DNA from: Tetramitus jugosus
Lineage: Eukaryota; Protista; Heterolobosea
Assembly (NCBI GenBank): GCA_937625935.1
Contig: OW569347.1
Span: forward strand, 620,001-684,000
Direction of reading: 5' to 3'
DNA: 64,000 nucleotides
This document shows, piece by piece, positions 1 through 11,639 of the stretch; the first letter of the stretch is position 1; each line of letters begins with the position of its first letter. The translations under genes and the position numbers were made by a program. The notes under the pieces were generated by a model. That model searched no databases and had not been told where the DNA came from. It saw only the letters and a list, made by a program, of their open reading frames with translations.

Positions 1-291
1 GTGTCGATAGTAGCTTGACTTTTTTGGTTGTGCTGAAAAGCTCTGATTTTTTTCATTGTTAATGTTGCTGTTAAGGGATGTTGTTCGTATCGTTGTGTGG
101 TCAACTGATGTCGTAGTTGTTGTGCTCGGTGAGAGCAATGGATGCTGCGTTTGATCTTCCATTGAGTCATGGTCAATTAGCAATGGTTCTACTCTTGGAT
201 TGGAAGGGTCATCTTCAAGATTGAAATCGTTCGTCGGATTCGGCAGTAGATGGCCACTCGGCGCGAAAATCAAGGTCTCAAAGTCAGACAT
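1..291 (-). CDS. 5' part of a hypothetical protein running off the left edge (MSDFETLIFAPSGHLLPNPTNDFNLEDD...)
   Basis: Manual translation: ATG at 291-289 and 97 open codons to position 1. It has a T/N-rich tract like other genes here. Missed by the ORF track because there is no stop in the window. Confidence 0.6.
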   Translation of the reverse strand, partial: MSDFETLIFAPSGHLLPNPTNDFNLEDDPSNPRVEPLLIDHDSMEDQTQHPLLSPSTTTTTSVDHTTIRTTSLNSNINNEKNQSFSAQPKKSSYYRH

Positions 292-473
292 CGTAATAGA
301 AATTCGACACTGCTCTATCTACTTTTTATTTTCTTCCAAACAAGAGGGAACCAATTGCTTGGCACGCAAAGAGGAATTCTGGGAAAAGTGAGCAAGACAT
401 GTGTCATCCACCCGGAGTGGAAGGTTCGATTTGCAAACGTGTTGTATCGGATGAGGTCGGAGTATATGGGAAA

Positions 474-545
474 TTATTGTCGGGGAGTGGGAGCACAACC
501 ACCATCATTCAAATTCCACTCACTCTCGTTCAATTCGGATTCATT
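474..545 (-). repeat. Short dispersed copy of the 3' end of the 2784-3632 gene
   Basis: 474-538 matches 2784-2875 (TTATTGTCGGGGAGTGG...GAGCACAACCACCATCATTCAAATTCCACTCACTCTCGTTCAATTCGG) except for a 27-bp internal deletion at a GA microhomology. Confidence 0.9.
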
Positions 546-559
546 CAGAGCTGTTCTGT

Positions 560-1611
560 TACAGTATGGTACCAGACTATGAATTAGAAAAATTCAGACT
601 CATCAGACCATACAACTTGGTTCACTTTACACCAACAATGTACACAACCAGAAAACAGTTTGTTGGAAAATCAGATAAGGTACGATCATTCAGAAGGTAT
701 TGTGTTCTATATGTCAATGGTGTGGTTCTGCTCATCATTTGTGCCACAGTCATGTATTTTATTGCTGTTGAATGTGAATACCAATCATTGCCAGTATCTA
801 CTGTCCTATATAAATCTGGAGTAGTACCAAGTTATAGATACTTAAAAACTATAAGTTTCATGATTCATCCATCCATATCTCCATAACATTATAAACTGCA
901 CGATCTATTTCTTTCAAATCTGACAGTGAGCAGTGCTTCTCAAAGGTAGTCACACGCCGCAACAATGTGGTTGTATCGCACTCACATACGCGTTGATTGA
1001 TCTGTAGTAAACATTGCTTATACGCATCAAACGCCTTCTTTGTATCTGTAACGGCTAAAGTATGAGTTATCTTATCTGAGCTTTCCAATGTATACTTTGT
1101 TCGAGTAAATCCATGTTGCTACTGTAGAAGATCAATGGTTTCTCGACAATATTGTTTTTCACCTCTGGAATAGCTGCTGGCATATCAAGGGTGATTTCTG
1201 ATTCATCGTTGCCCTTTTCACTTTCAACTTGTTCTGTTCGGGACTAACAATCAGCTTCTTGGAGGTCCTCAATGCACAATACTTGAAGCTATCGATACCC
1301 ACATTAGTATCAATCTTCATTATACCAAGATATGTTACATCGAATAGATAATAACATGATGCATCAACAAGAGCAAAAATAAATTGTGGTCGAGAGCCTG
1401 CGAATGTCACTGATATAGCACTATATTGTTCGTGAATGGTGGACTCCATTTCCCAAAGGCGTTTTAGCCAATTATATGCCACCATGCAATCTCCAGCGTT
1501 TGGTAGTGATATGTGATTGTTATTGCATTGTACGAACGTTCTTATAACGAGTATGTAGAACTCTACCAGCTCCTTGGGCAGAAAGTCAAAATTTGCCGTG
1601 GATGGTGGCAT
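560..1611 (-). pseudogene. Probable decayed gene, possibly with an N-terminal F-box-like motif
   Basis: MPPSTANFDFLPKELVEFYIL resembles an F-box start (LPxE(L/I)xxxI). Downstream coding-like sequence is split across frames (1159-1611, 858-1088, ~620-780) by stops and frameshifts. Confidence 0.35.
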
Positions 1612-1683
1612 GTGGCTGTTGTTTCGTCTCCCGTGTCGTGAAACGCTAGAAATTTCCATAAACTCCACAAGAAAAACAAGAAC

Positions 1684-2769
1684 ATGAGCCATTTAGAAAC
1701 AAGCCGTCCCTCCGACTCACCCCAGAAGACAAACCACAAGCACACAAACCATCAACAATGCTCACCACAAGCGTTGAAGAGTAGGGTGGCTGACCAACCG
1801 AATGCTCTTGGTTGGTACTTTCGCTTAAGACCGTCATCAACCTACTTCTATCATTTTTACTTTACAGACAATCCCGATACTCAGAAACTCAACTACAAAC
1901 TGCACAGTTGTGATAGATATATTGACAAGTACTATGTTGTGAAGAGAAAGGACAATGGGGACTCTTCTATTAAGGAGGACTACTGGATCAAACATAGATA
2001 CACTTCTCATGAGAATTACTGGATACTGTCAATTATTAATGTGGTCAAAACCTTGCATTTGGACTCTGATAAGAACGAAAAGTTATCCTATCTGGAGATT
2101 TGCGCAGCTTTGGATAGAGCTGGATATCAAGTGAATGGACCAGATGCATTCCAGTGTATTGCTGAGTTAGTATCCGAAAGACAATACTTCATTAGAGATG
2201 ATGTGGAGATATATCTTGCATTTACCGCAATGCCAGATGGCAGATATTTGAAACATGGCGCATTTTCATTCCAAGCGAACATATTGACTGATGAGACAGA
2301 ACTGAATACTCGTGCCAAGGTTATTGTGTCTGAACTTGGTGCAGTACATGGCAAGAGCACTATTCTGGAGTACCTCAGACAGTCCAACTCTGAATATGCT
2401 GCATTATTTACTAATACGACTGATTTGAGCAAGTACTACTCCCAGGTTAATCAGTTCGATAGCTTGCAGAGATTACATGAATCTGATAGCACTAATAGTA
2501 ATGACCAATCAGTGAGCGAATATGAAGACTTCTATAACAAACACCATAGAGAACTTTTTGTGCCTGATGAGCTGGTAGAGAAGATGAGACCCAAGATACT
2601 CAATCTTCTGGATAGAGTCAAATGTGAACAGGTCAGGAGGCATGAGAACTACAAGAAAGATTTACTGAAGTGTGATTTTACCCTAAAGTCTCGTGAGAAT
2701 ATGACGATGGACCAAAAAGTGATGATGGAAGAACTGGAAGCACTGCTCAAGCAAGAGTCTACATTATAA
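1684..2769 (+). CDS. Divergent CYTH / thiamine-triphosphatase-like protein
   Basis: 361-aa ORF. Motifs YIDKYY..., DYWIKHR....YW, CIAELVSERQYF and STILEYLRQ follow the order of THTPA-family motifs (DxYYD, WLRxR, WELK, KLxxYL). The N-terminal ExExK motif is not visible. Confidence 0.5.
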   Translation: MSHLETSRPSDSPQKTNHKHTNHQQCSPQALKSRVADQPNALGWYFRLRPSSTYFYHFYFTDNPDTQKLNYKLHSCDRYIDKYYVVKRKDNGDSSIKEDYWIKHRYTSHENYWILSIINVVKTLHLDSDKNEKLSYLEICAALDRAGYQVNGPDAFQCIAELVSERQYFIRDDVEIYLAFTAMPDGRYLKHGAFSFQANILTDETELNTRAKVIVSELGAVHGKSTILEYLRQSNSEYAALFTNTTDLSKYYSQVNQFDSLQRLHESDSTNSNDQSVSEYEDFYNKHHRELFVPDELVEKMRPKILNLLDRVKCEQVRRHENYKKDLLKCDFTLKSRENMTMDQKVMMEELEALLKQESTL

Positions 2770-2783
2770 ATGGTGTATTTACT

Positions 2784-3632
2784 TTATTGTCGGGGAGTGG
2801 GAAGCTTGAGCTCTGGTTGTCTGGATAGAGCACAACCACCATCATTCAAATTCCACTCACTCTCGTTCAATTCGGTCTGATTCATGATTCGTAGTGTTGA
2901 TACGACCAATCTGGAAAAAATATTGGCATCAATCTGGTACACTGATAATCGGTCCAGAATGTCATCGAATGGTTCGTGTTTGAACTTTCGGTACATGATT
3001 AAATCCAGGTCCAAGTATACACTTTCATCTTTGAAGTAGTTTCCTTGCCGAGTCTGAGCTAACAGAGCTGCGCCTAGAGTCAAGTACCTCGCCTTGTCAA
3101 ATTCTTTCTTTGATGATGTGTTTACAGTCGATTCGTAATTGAACAATAGTTTTCCTAGATCTAACAATGTAAAAACTGGTTCTTGATTGGGTGCGACAAT
3201 TCTTTCTTCTTCTCCAATAAACAAAGACAATAGTTTCATGACGAACTTTGATCTATCCTGAAGAGATTCACAACATGGATAAGAAGCCAAATATTCATAG
3301 AAATGGAGTCTATCTGGGTTCTCTTTTGAAATTGTATCCCACACACGCCTACCATACTTATGCTGACCAATTTCTGGACAAATTTTCATTGTTTCTTCCT
3401 TCTTGATTTCTCTCAGTTCTTTACCAAAGTCCTCCTCCACAGGTTCAGGTACATCAGAATGTTCACTCCATATCTTATCAAATCTCATCTCTTGAATCAA
3501 AGGATCGAATTGGTGATTCTTCGACTTGGAAGAACGGATACCTGAACTATAGCTGGTCTCGTTCTTTTGGATTAGACTAGAACGTAACTCTTGACCATAG
3601 TTCTTTGTGTCAACTGAGGCTGCAGATCCCAT
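2784..3632 (-). CDS. Hypothetical protein with N-myristoylation motif (MGSAASV)
   Basis: ORF 2784-3719; the in-frame ATG at 3632 gives MGxxxS. No family recognised. Confidence 0.65.
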   Translation of the reverse strand: MGSAASVDTKNYGQELRSSLIQKNETSYSSGIRSSKSKNHQFDPLIQEMRFDKIWSEHSDVPEPVEEDFGKELREIKKEETMKICPEIGQHKYGRRVWDTISKENPDRLHFYEYLASYPCCESLQDRSKFVMKLLSLFIGEEERIVAPNQEPVFTLLDLGKLLFNYESTVNTSSKKEFDKARYLTLGAALLAQTRQGNYFKDESVYLDLDLIMYRKFKHEPFDDILDRLSVYQIDANIFSRLVVSTLRIMNQTELNESEWNLNDGGCALSRQPELKLPTPRQ

Positions 3633-3729
3633 TAGAATGGTTTGTTTCGTTGATAGATGTGCTGAGAATTCTTTTCCGCCGTACGTAGATCTGGCAGTTG
3701 ACGCATATCTACGAACCATGAATCGATGA

Positions 3730-6700
3730 TCAAAAATTTATTTTCCGAGGGTCATATTGGAGCACTGGAATAGTAGTTTCTGGTAGTTGTTTTCTCGCTG
3801 GTCTTGGTGTAAAAACAGCGGCTGTAGCAGCTCTTCGAGGAGCGACTGAAAAATCTAGGAATCCCAGGGCTCTATTAGGGTCGATGTAATTCTTCGGAGG
3901 ACTTACTCTAATTCTCACTGGGCTTATCTTTCTCTCCTCTCCCTCCACATTGCTTATTAATAATCGAGTTCTATCCGATTGACCAAAAATCGACGTTCCA
4001 ATGGACAAATTGATGGAACTCTCTTCTTCTACTCCAGAGATGAAGGGCCGTTGTCTAGGGTGCTTTGGAGGTCTCACTATCGGATCTATCTTGTGAGCTC
4101 TTGCGTTGAACATCAGATCACCAGGATGATCCAATTGATTCAAAGCTTTCGAAAATGAATGCAAGAAGATATCTTGACCCTTTCTTAGATCGATCCCGTA
4201 TCCTATACGAGGCGCGGAGTGTCGATCATATTGTCGATCAGACATGGGCCTCCGTTGATAGGTAGGGTCAGAATCTTCTGTTGATCTGTTAGAGGAAGAA
4301 GTAGTTAGTCAGATAGTGAGGTAAGTGGAAATAGCACATATTCTACATACAAGTGTGACATTGCAGCAAATTTTCTCTCTTGCTCCTTTAGTATTTCTGC
4401 TTTTGCTTCCAACCACCGTTTATGTCTCAGCGACTCAACATTGTCGTTTCCCTTCATGTATCTACTCTCCTTAACTGGTTGAATGCCCTTTCCTGGACTG
4501 ACAGATCGGTCATTGGTCCTACTCTTTATCCTCTGCTTTGGTGGAATATCTGGTTTCTCTGTTGGGAAAACATGAAACTCAGAATCATCGTGCCAATGTG
4601 AGACAGAATTCTCCATTCCTTTCGAGGAAATAACGACGTTCTTTTTCTCAAAATCCACAGCAGAGATAGGCTTCTTTAAACTTAACCCTTCAGTTCTTGC
4701 TACGATCTCCTCAGTGCGCTGGTAACTACTCTCTGATATCTTAGCATCCTCCATTGGACTAGAACTCCTATTTCGAGAGTTGATGGAAGTTCTTCTTCGA
4801 AAAACATTTCCTTCAGGTTTCTCGGGTATGGTGGTGCTCTTTTTCGTAGGTTGTTCTGTTGTCTGCTCATTCGAAGAAACTGTACTTTCTTTCTCTTTCT
4901 GCAGAGATTGGATAAAATTTATAGCTTCAGCAAGAGCATCCTCTCTACTCTCCTTCTTTCCCACTTCGTTTTCTGCCTGCCTTTGGACTATACTTTGGAG
5001 TTCATTGTTGTCAGATAATTGAGGTATCAGGACTTTCTCGTTCTGGTTCTCCATAACTGAACTCTCAGATGATGTTTCCTGGTTCGGTCCGTGATCTTCA
5101 CTCTTTCTTCGTTTTTCACTCACGACTTTGTTGGGAGAAGGTGAAGCATTTCTACTCATTCTCTTCGATGATGTCACGTCATTCTTTTCTTCTCGATCGT
5201 TCCTGTCGGCCTTGCTTCTTTTGATCGGTGTATGTTCGTTCTCCTTGTCTCGAAGTCTCATTGGAGAGGGTGTTAAGTGACGACTACCATCTTTCTGAGA
5301 GTGAATTGCTCTCTTTGGTTTCTTCTCGCTTCCCTTTAGTACCTCTGCTGGTTCAATGCTTGCCAACCTCTCTTTCAGATCCTTATATTTACGCTTGTAC
5401 TCTTCGACTTCTTCTCTCGCTTTCACAATTTCACCAGTAAAATCTTTATCATCACTATGGACTTCCTCCTGTGTTAATAGCTGGTGTGTAAGCTCGTCAC
5501 ACCGTCGGGTCAATTGTTTCTTCTCACTCTCTAAAGAATATCGTTCCTCCTGCAACTTACTGTTGTTGATCTTCAGCTCTTCGAGTTGCTGTTGGTACTG
5601 CTTTTCTGCTTCTCTAAATTCATCTTGATGATCTCTTATTCTTTCATCCATGACTTCAGACGACTCTATCTTCAATCTCTCTTGGGCATGCTCTATCATT
5701 GATTTTGTTTTTTGAGCATGATCTTCTTTTATTCGATCCAGCTCTCTCTGCATGATCTCCTGACATTGGCTGACCGTTTGATCTTCCATTTCTTTCACAT
5801 ATACAACAAAACCAGTGACCATCCTTTTTAACCAGGTTAATCCCTCTTTCAATTCTCGAGTTCGACTCTTCATAACGAGAATAGTTTCTAAGTGCGTACC
5901 ACCATCCACTCTCCGCAAGAAGTTGGTGATAGCATGATTAATGCCGCTTAAATTCCTTATTGTTGCTTGCTTCAAATCTGTTAACTTCTCAATCTTAGTG
6001 TTTTGTGTTTCATCCACCGAATCATCGAGAGTATCCTCAATGGATAATATCGAGATCTGACACCTCTCCATCATAGAGCCAAGAATCGTACTGGCTTGAT
6101 TGGTCTCTTCAATCATATTGAATTTTTGTTTGTCTATTGCATCGTGCTCATCCTGTGCTGGATTAGAAGAAATGTTTTCTATTGATACTTCTTCCAAATC
6201 TGGAACAGCTCCAGAATTCTCTTCGTCGTCATTGTCTGACAAATCAGAGTCCATATCTTCTTGCTTCTTTAGTGAGTATATCTTTCCATTAGGACTGAAT
6301 ATCTTGAGTGACAAGAGTTGAGGATCCTTCTCAAGATCTTCGAAGGTCAAAGTTCTCTTCATGCCATTCTCATCGAAAATAAATACTTGTGCTTTTAAAA
6401 CAAGCTCGTGCAACTTGTTAATATCTGTATAATGCTTCTGAATTTCTTTCTCTGTGATCTTTTTCACTTTTTCAGGTATTTCAGATTTGTGTTCAGCTTT
6501 CGATCTTCGATAGTCAGTGATAAACCGTTTCACATTCTGACCACTCCTCGACATATCCGCAAAAATATTATCTATTCGTTCTTCTTGTTTGTCATACACG
6601 TTCTGTAATTGCCGAATATATGTTCGTAATTTTTTAACTTGACTCTCCTCTCTCTTCAAGTTCGTTACCAACATATCATCCTTGTCTCGGATATATTTCT

Positions 6701-7468
6701 TCCACACTACCATTCTATCCTTGTAGTTCTTATTTTCGAGTAGAACGTTTCCTATATTCACCTGTAGTTGTCGTATCGTATTTTCGAGCTCCAAATTAGA
6801 CTCTCTCAACTCCTCCACTGACTTTGCTTTCTCCATTACTTTTGAAAATGTTTCCTTAATATCCTTCAAATGCAAGAAGGATCCTCTCATTTTCTCAAGC
6901 ATATCCGAAACCATTTTCTCAGAGACAGAGTGTTCATTCATCCACATTCTTTCCTTGATGATTTGCTTTGATATTGCTTGACTACGTGCCATTTTCTCCA
7001 AGTTTGGAATAGTCATCACATTTTTATTTGCATCACCTGAAGCTGAGTCGATGATTTCAATATCCGGAATATCGTTGTTAATATTCTGGGCGTTCCTTAT
7101 CCGATCTCTTATTGGTACTACATTATCCTAAAATGAAAATATGATTCGTGTCAGCTATTCTTCTTTTCTTCTTCACATACATCTTTTCGAATGGTACCTA
7201 CAGAGTCTTTGTTCCAAACAGACAAGTCATTCACAGCCTCTTCTCTACCATATTGAGAATTTTCAATTAACCGATCAACCATAACCTTTGATTTCCTGAG
7301 TTCTTCCTGTCTTTCAGACAGCTCCTCCACTGAACTAAAAGGATTATCTGAACCGGTCGTTGGTGTAGGAACAGTCAGGACTGACTGAATGCCATCGGAC
7401 AAGGATACACTTGTTCTTCGTCCAGATAGCTTGTCCTCGATAGGATTCCCATTGGCATCCAGCTCCAT
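3730..7468 (-). CDS. ~1206-aa coiled-coil protein, three exons: 7468-7181, 7127-4351, 4285-3730
   Basis: Introns 7180-7128 (GTATGT...GCTGAC...TTTTAG) and 4350-4286 (GTATGT...CTAAC...AACAG) join three track ORFs in frame (3621 nt total). Long heptad-rich regions and an S/P/R-rich tail. Confidence 0.85.
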
Positions 7469-7682
7469 TACGGCGTTTAATTTTCTTCAGGACAGACACA
7501 CCGAAACCAACTACAGTATGATTACCGCCAACTTCACTTTTGCTATTCCTCCGACACTTCCATCAAACTCTCGACTTCCATTTTCCGCTGGAGAAAAAAC
7601 AATTTCTTCAATCGCAAAAAAAACGAAACACAACGATTTGAACTCACACCAACAACAAAGCGAACAAATCACATTCATCATC

Positions 7683-9353
7683 ATGGACGTTACAATCATT
7701 GGAGAAGAAATCAAAGTATTTGCCCATGTCATCACATGTCTCTCCAAACTAGGTGAACAACTCAACTTGGAAATGAATGTCAATCAACGTTCCATGGTAC
7801 TTCAAACCGTGAACAGCACCAAGAGTGCATTCGTACAATTCACTCTCCTATCAAGCTTTTTCAATCAATTTGATTTCATGCGAAACAGAAATCAAAAATA
7901 TCAACTTGTTCTCAAGCACTTCATGTCCGTGTTTCGCAACTTGAATCACATTAAGGAACTTCGCATGTTTGTGCCCATTGCTTCTTCTGACAGAAATGGT
8001 GGTGGTGGTGGTGGTACTCCAAATGGTAGTAGTGGAGTTCATGGTGATGCAGTTGTTGATGATGCCATGACGTCTGATGATGCCGATATGGACGCAGAAA
8101 ACAACAACTTGAACAATTCTCTGTACAATTATTTCACAATTGAGACTAGGACGGACAAGGGACTATTCAAGACGACAAGACTTGTTTTTTCTCAGGAAGA
8201 CATCTTCTCTGCCATGTTCGATTCGAGAACGTATCCTGTGGAACTGAGATGTGAATCCAAGGGACTCAACCAATGTCTCAACAATTTTCAACATACCGTG
8301 TCAGAGATTACGTTCACTCTGGAACAATCAAGGACGAGTTCTCAGCGATCCAGTGGTACAACCACAACTACTACTAACAGCAGTAGCAGAGGATCAAATG
8401 ACAGAGGTGTTCCTCCTTCGACAAACAATGATGCGGCTCCTTCGTCATCTACGGTGACTCCATCACCTTCGATGCCATCATCGGGTGTATCTTCCTCTTC
8501 TTCTGATGATTACATTGAGAGACAGATTAGAGTGTCTAGTTATATGAATCCAGGTAGTGTCGATATGAAGAATATGATGAAAACACAGGTATCAATTGAC
8601 TCGACGCAGTTTGACTTTTGGAGATGTGAAGTGCCAGCACCAGCGCTAGTGTCACAAGCCCAATTACCCAGTGTTGAAGATCCAACACCGAACCACACGG
8701 CTCAATCATCTGCTGGGCGTCCTAGGTCGCAAACACAGCAACCTGCATTTGTAAAACAGTTAGAGATGACATTTAATCTCAAGGACTTCAAGGCATTCCT
8801 TCACTTTTGTGAACAAGCCCATCAACCAGTCACCATATTCTTGGATCATCAAGGAAAGCCAATCATTTTTGAATCCAGCGCTGCTAACAACCAAAACGAT
8901 ATGGAAGCTGTGTGCGTCTTGGCTACTCTGTCCGAAGACTCGAATACTCAAAGTTCTACACAATCATCCACACCTCCTGCTCACTATACTCCTCGTGCCA
9001 CTCCATCTCCCTCTCCTGCAAGAGGTAGAACAGGAGGCAGAAGCAGTGTGTCAACATTTGTATCGACCCCAATCCAAATGCAACCACCAGCGAGTACACC
9101 TGACACAAATCAAGCGAACTTACAGCAATCTACGCCCAAGGATCAATCATACTATCCTCCAAGTAGTTTTGGCAGTGTTGGACATCAAGTCATTCATGAG
9201 AGTCCTCTAGATTCCCCCCATTCGTTCCCAAAGAGATCACGCCTCGGAACAAACGACGAAGGAGAGAATGATTATGAAGATGATGATGACGATCGGGTAG
9301 TGGAAGAAGACGATGGACAGAAGACGCCAAAAAGAACGAGGTATTCACCTTGA
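7683..9353 (+). CDS. RAD9: Checkpoint clamp subunit Rad9 (9-1-1 complex)
   Basis: N-terminal IKVFAHVITCLSKLGEQL...TVNSTKSAF..F...FF; central MKTQVSIDSTQFD and TFNLKDFKAFLHFCE..PVTIFLDHQGKPIIF...VLATL; disordered S/T/P-rich tail. Start placed at ATG 7683. Confidence 0.9.
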   Translation: MDVTIIGEEIKVFAHVITCLSKLGEQLNLEMNVNQRSMVLQTVNSTKSAFVQFTLLSSFFNQFDFMRNRNQKYQLVLKHFMSVFRNLNHIKELRMFVPIASSDRNGGGGGGTPNGSSGVHGDAVVDDAMTSDDADMDAENNNLNNSLYNYFTIETRTDKGLFKTTRLVFSQEDIFSAMFDSRTYPVELRCESKGLNQCLNNFQHTVSEITFTLEQSRTSSQRSSGTTTTTTNSSSRGSNDRGVPPSTNNDAAPSSSTVTPSPSMPSSGVSSSSSDDYIERQIRVSSYMNPGSVDMKNMMKTQVSIDSTQFDFWRCEVPAPALVSQAQLPSVEDPTPNHTAQSSAGRPRSQTQQPAFVKQLEMTFNLKDFKAFLHFCEQAHQPVTIFLDHQGKPIIFESSAANNQNDMEAVCVLATLSEDSNTQSSTQSSTPPAHYTPRATPSPSPARGRTGGRSSVSTFVSTPIQMQPPASTPDTNQANLQQSTPKDQSYYPPSSFGSVGHQVIHESPLDSPHSFPKRSRLGTNDEGENDYEDDDDDRVVEEDDGQKTPKRTRYSP

Positions 9354-9384
9354 GAAATATAAACATTGAACCTCGATTCCTTTA

Positions 9385-11439
9385 TCATGCAATGCCAATA
9401 TTCTTCAATATCTTATCGAGTGTTTCATTCGTCAGACCAACATAGGCATACACTGGAACTTCGCTATTGTAAATACAGTACAATTCGTAGTTGCCTCTCC
9501 GAATGGCGCATTGACCAAAGCTCTTTGTTCGCATGTATGACTGATCTACGCGAATACTGGTCTTTGGGGCCGAGTTTGCGCTCGAAGAATGCCCGTGCAC
9601 AGCATTGGGATCCAAGTGTCGATGCGACTCAAACACATTGGTCGATATGTTGATGTAAAACTCGGTCAACACTTGTTCCATAATTTCTCTCTTCTCATAT
9701 GCTCGAATAGGAAGCAGGTCTTCATAAATAAAATAGGGTTTTGACTGTCTTTGCTGCTGTTGCTGCGAAGAGTTTCTCTGCTGACTGCTCTGTTGTTGAG
9801 TTTTCTGCTGACTTTGCGACTGTGATTGCTGTTGCGACTGGGACTGCTGCTGCTGTGGATTCACTTGTTGCTGATCCTGCAAGCAACCTCTGTTGACAAA
9901 CAAGAATGCAGACAAATTAGAATCGAGCTTCATTGCTTCCTGTATCCGCGAACTCACCAGACTCTGCATCTTGTACACAAAGTTCCACTCTGATGCCTCA
10001 CTCGTCACATTCTGTATCACTGTCTGTGTCGATGGACTCTTACCTGCCAACATGCACAAGTGAACACCATCGTCCAACTTTATCGTCACAAATCTCTTGT
10101 TTCCATTCGGTGTGTGAATCGGTATGTCATATGCCGTCGCCGGTGCAGACAAGTGCAAGTACAGGCCCAGGATTGTCAACATGGAATGCGATTGAGAAAG
10201 CCAGTACTCTGTAGCGACACACACGGAATCATTGACATAAATGGCACAGTCTGCCACATTCCAATCATTCTCCGCACAGTGCTTCAATCGAGAGAGTGCT
10301 TGTTGTTTGAGCAATTCGGATGATTTGAGCTCAAAACACATGTGTCTCACGGGCAATCCAACCAATAATTGAAGTTTCATGTGAGTCGATATTTTGTGTC
10401 GATTCCATGCAATACTACCACCACCACTAGTGTGATTGCTCGTGTGTTCATTACTACTGTTACTGTTGCCTCTGCTCCTCTGTTGTACATGATCAAATGA
10501 TGAACCTGTTGATGATGATGATGATGATGATGTTGTTGTTGTCGATGAGGTTGGCTGATGATGATGATGTTGATGATGATTCAAATGAACACCAACAGTC
10601 AACAATTGTTCAATTACGTTACCAATGAGATTCAATCGTCGCTTCAGTGTCATTTTTCGATTGTCCAAATGAACTTGATCAAACGACAATTGACCAAACA
10701 ATAAATTAATGAATCCGTGAATCATGTGCATGACACTGTTGGCATAGTGAACTCCGACGCATGAACTAATCATTTCATTGTTCATGGAACGATGTGTTGT
10801 TGTTGTTGTTGTCATTGTTGTTGATGATGATGATGATGGTGTGGGTGTTGTTGTTGTTGTTGTTATTGTTGGTGGTGAAGATGGTGTTTGTGGAGTGGAT
10901 GATTGATTTTTGTTATTGTTATTGTTGTTGTTGTTGTTGATGAGTGATTCTTCACTCTTGTTATTGTTATTGTTGGTCTTTTGAATGATAAATGAATTAT
11001 TATTATTATTATTGTTGTTGTTAGTGATGTTAGTGTTATTGCTGTTGTGAATATTCTTGTGATAATAGTCACCACTCGTTCCCAGTACCATGAGCATATT
11101 TAACTGCTGTTGTGGTTGTGGTTGTAGTTGCAGTTGTTTTTTGCTATTCACATTTTTGTTACTATTGTTATTATTGTTATTGTTACTGTTGTCATCATGA
11201 TTGTCATCACCTTCAACATGAATCATGATGGGTAAATAGTGCAGTACATGATAAGAATCATTGTCTTGAAAACTTGATGTCAGTGTTTGGACCGTGTGTG
11301 AACATGAGAGATTGGATTTGGAGTAGAGAACGGAGAAGAGAGAGGTTTGAGTGAGGTTGGGCATGGTCATGGAAGGATGAGAGTAGTATGATCGACGCAT
11401 GAGCTCAAAATGTTCCGTATTGAACAGAACGAACCACAT
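9385..11439 (-). CDS. FUZ: Fuzzy-like tri-longin protein (CPLANE/ciliogenesis) with large N/Q/T insertions
   Basis: VCVATEYW, YDIPIHTPNGNKRFVTIKLDDGVHLCMLAGKSP and the C-terminal LYCIYNSEVP...LTNETL resemble Fuzzy longin-2/3 motifs. Likely start MWFVLF at 11439. Confidence 0.6.
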   Translation of the reverse strand: MWFVLFNTEHFELMRRSYYSHPSMTMPNLTQTSLFSVLYSKSNLSCSHTVQTLTSSFQDNDSYHVLHYLPIMIHVEGDDNHDDNSNNNNNNNSNKNVNSKKQLQLQPQPQQQLNMLMVLGTSGDYYHKNIHNSNNTNITNNNNNNNNNSFIIQKTNNNNNKSEESLINNNNNNNNNKNQSSTPQTPSSPPTITTTTTTPTPSSSSSTTMTTTTTTHRSMNNEMISSCVGVHYANSVMHMIHGFINLLFGQLSFDQVHLDNRKMTLKRRLNLIGNVIEQLLTVGVHLNHHQHHHHQPTSSTTTTSSSSSSSTGSSFDHVQQRSRGNSNSSNEHTSNHTSGGGSIAWNRHKISTHMKLQLLVGLPVRHMCFELKSSELLKQQALSRLKHCAENDWNVADCAIYVNDSVCVATEYWLSQSHSMLTILGLYLHLSAPATAYDIPIHTPNGNKRFVTIKLDDGVHLCMLAGKSPSTQTVIQNVTSEASEWNFVYKMQSLVSSRIQEAMKLDSNLSAFLFVNRGCLQDQQQVNPQQQQSQSQQQSQSQSQQKTQQQSSQQRNSSQQQQQRQSKPYFIYEDLLPIRAYEKREIMEQVLTEFYINISTNVFESHRHLDPNAVHGHSSSANSAPKTSIRVDQSYMRTKSFGQCAIRRGNYELYCIYNSEVPVYAYVGLTNETLDKILKNIGIA

Positions 11440-11639
11440 TGTTTGTATTGTTTTTTGTTTGTGACTTTTGAGTTTTTTGTGCTCTCTGGTTTTCTCTGGA
11501 GATTTGACATTTGGCGCCCAATCAAATCCCCGTTTACTGAAATGCCAAAGCGGGGTTTTAACTTCTACAGCATCGTCATATCGCCTTTCTTGAATGGTGT
11601 TGTCCAAATGGATCGAAATGAACTCTATATTTATTTTTT

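Noticed and set aside
7389-7682. 98-aa N-terminal extension of Rad9 in the ORF track
   Set aside because: It overlaps the divergent gene and its promoter; Rad9 homology begins at Met 7683.
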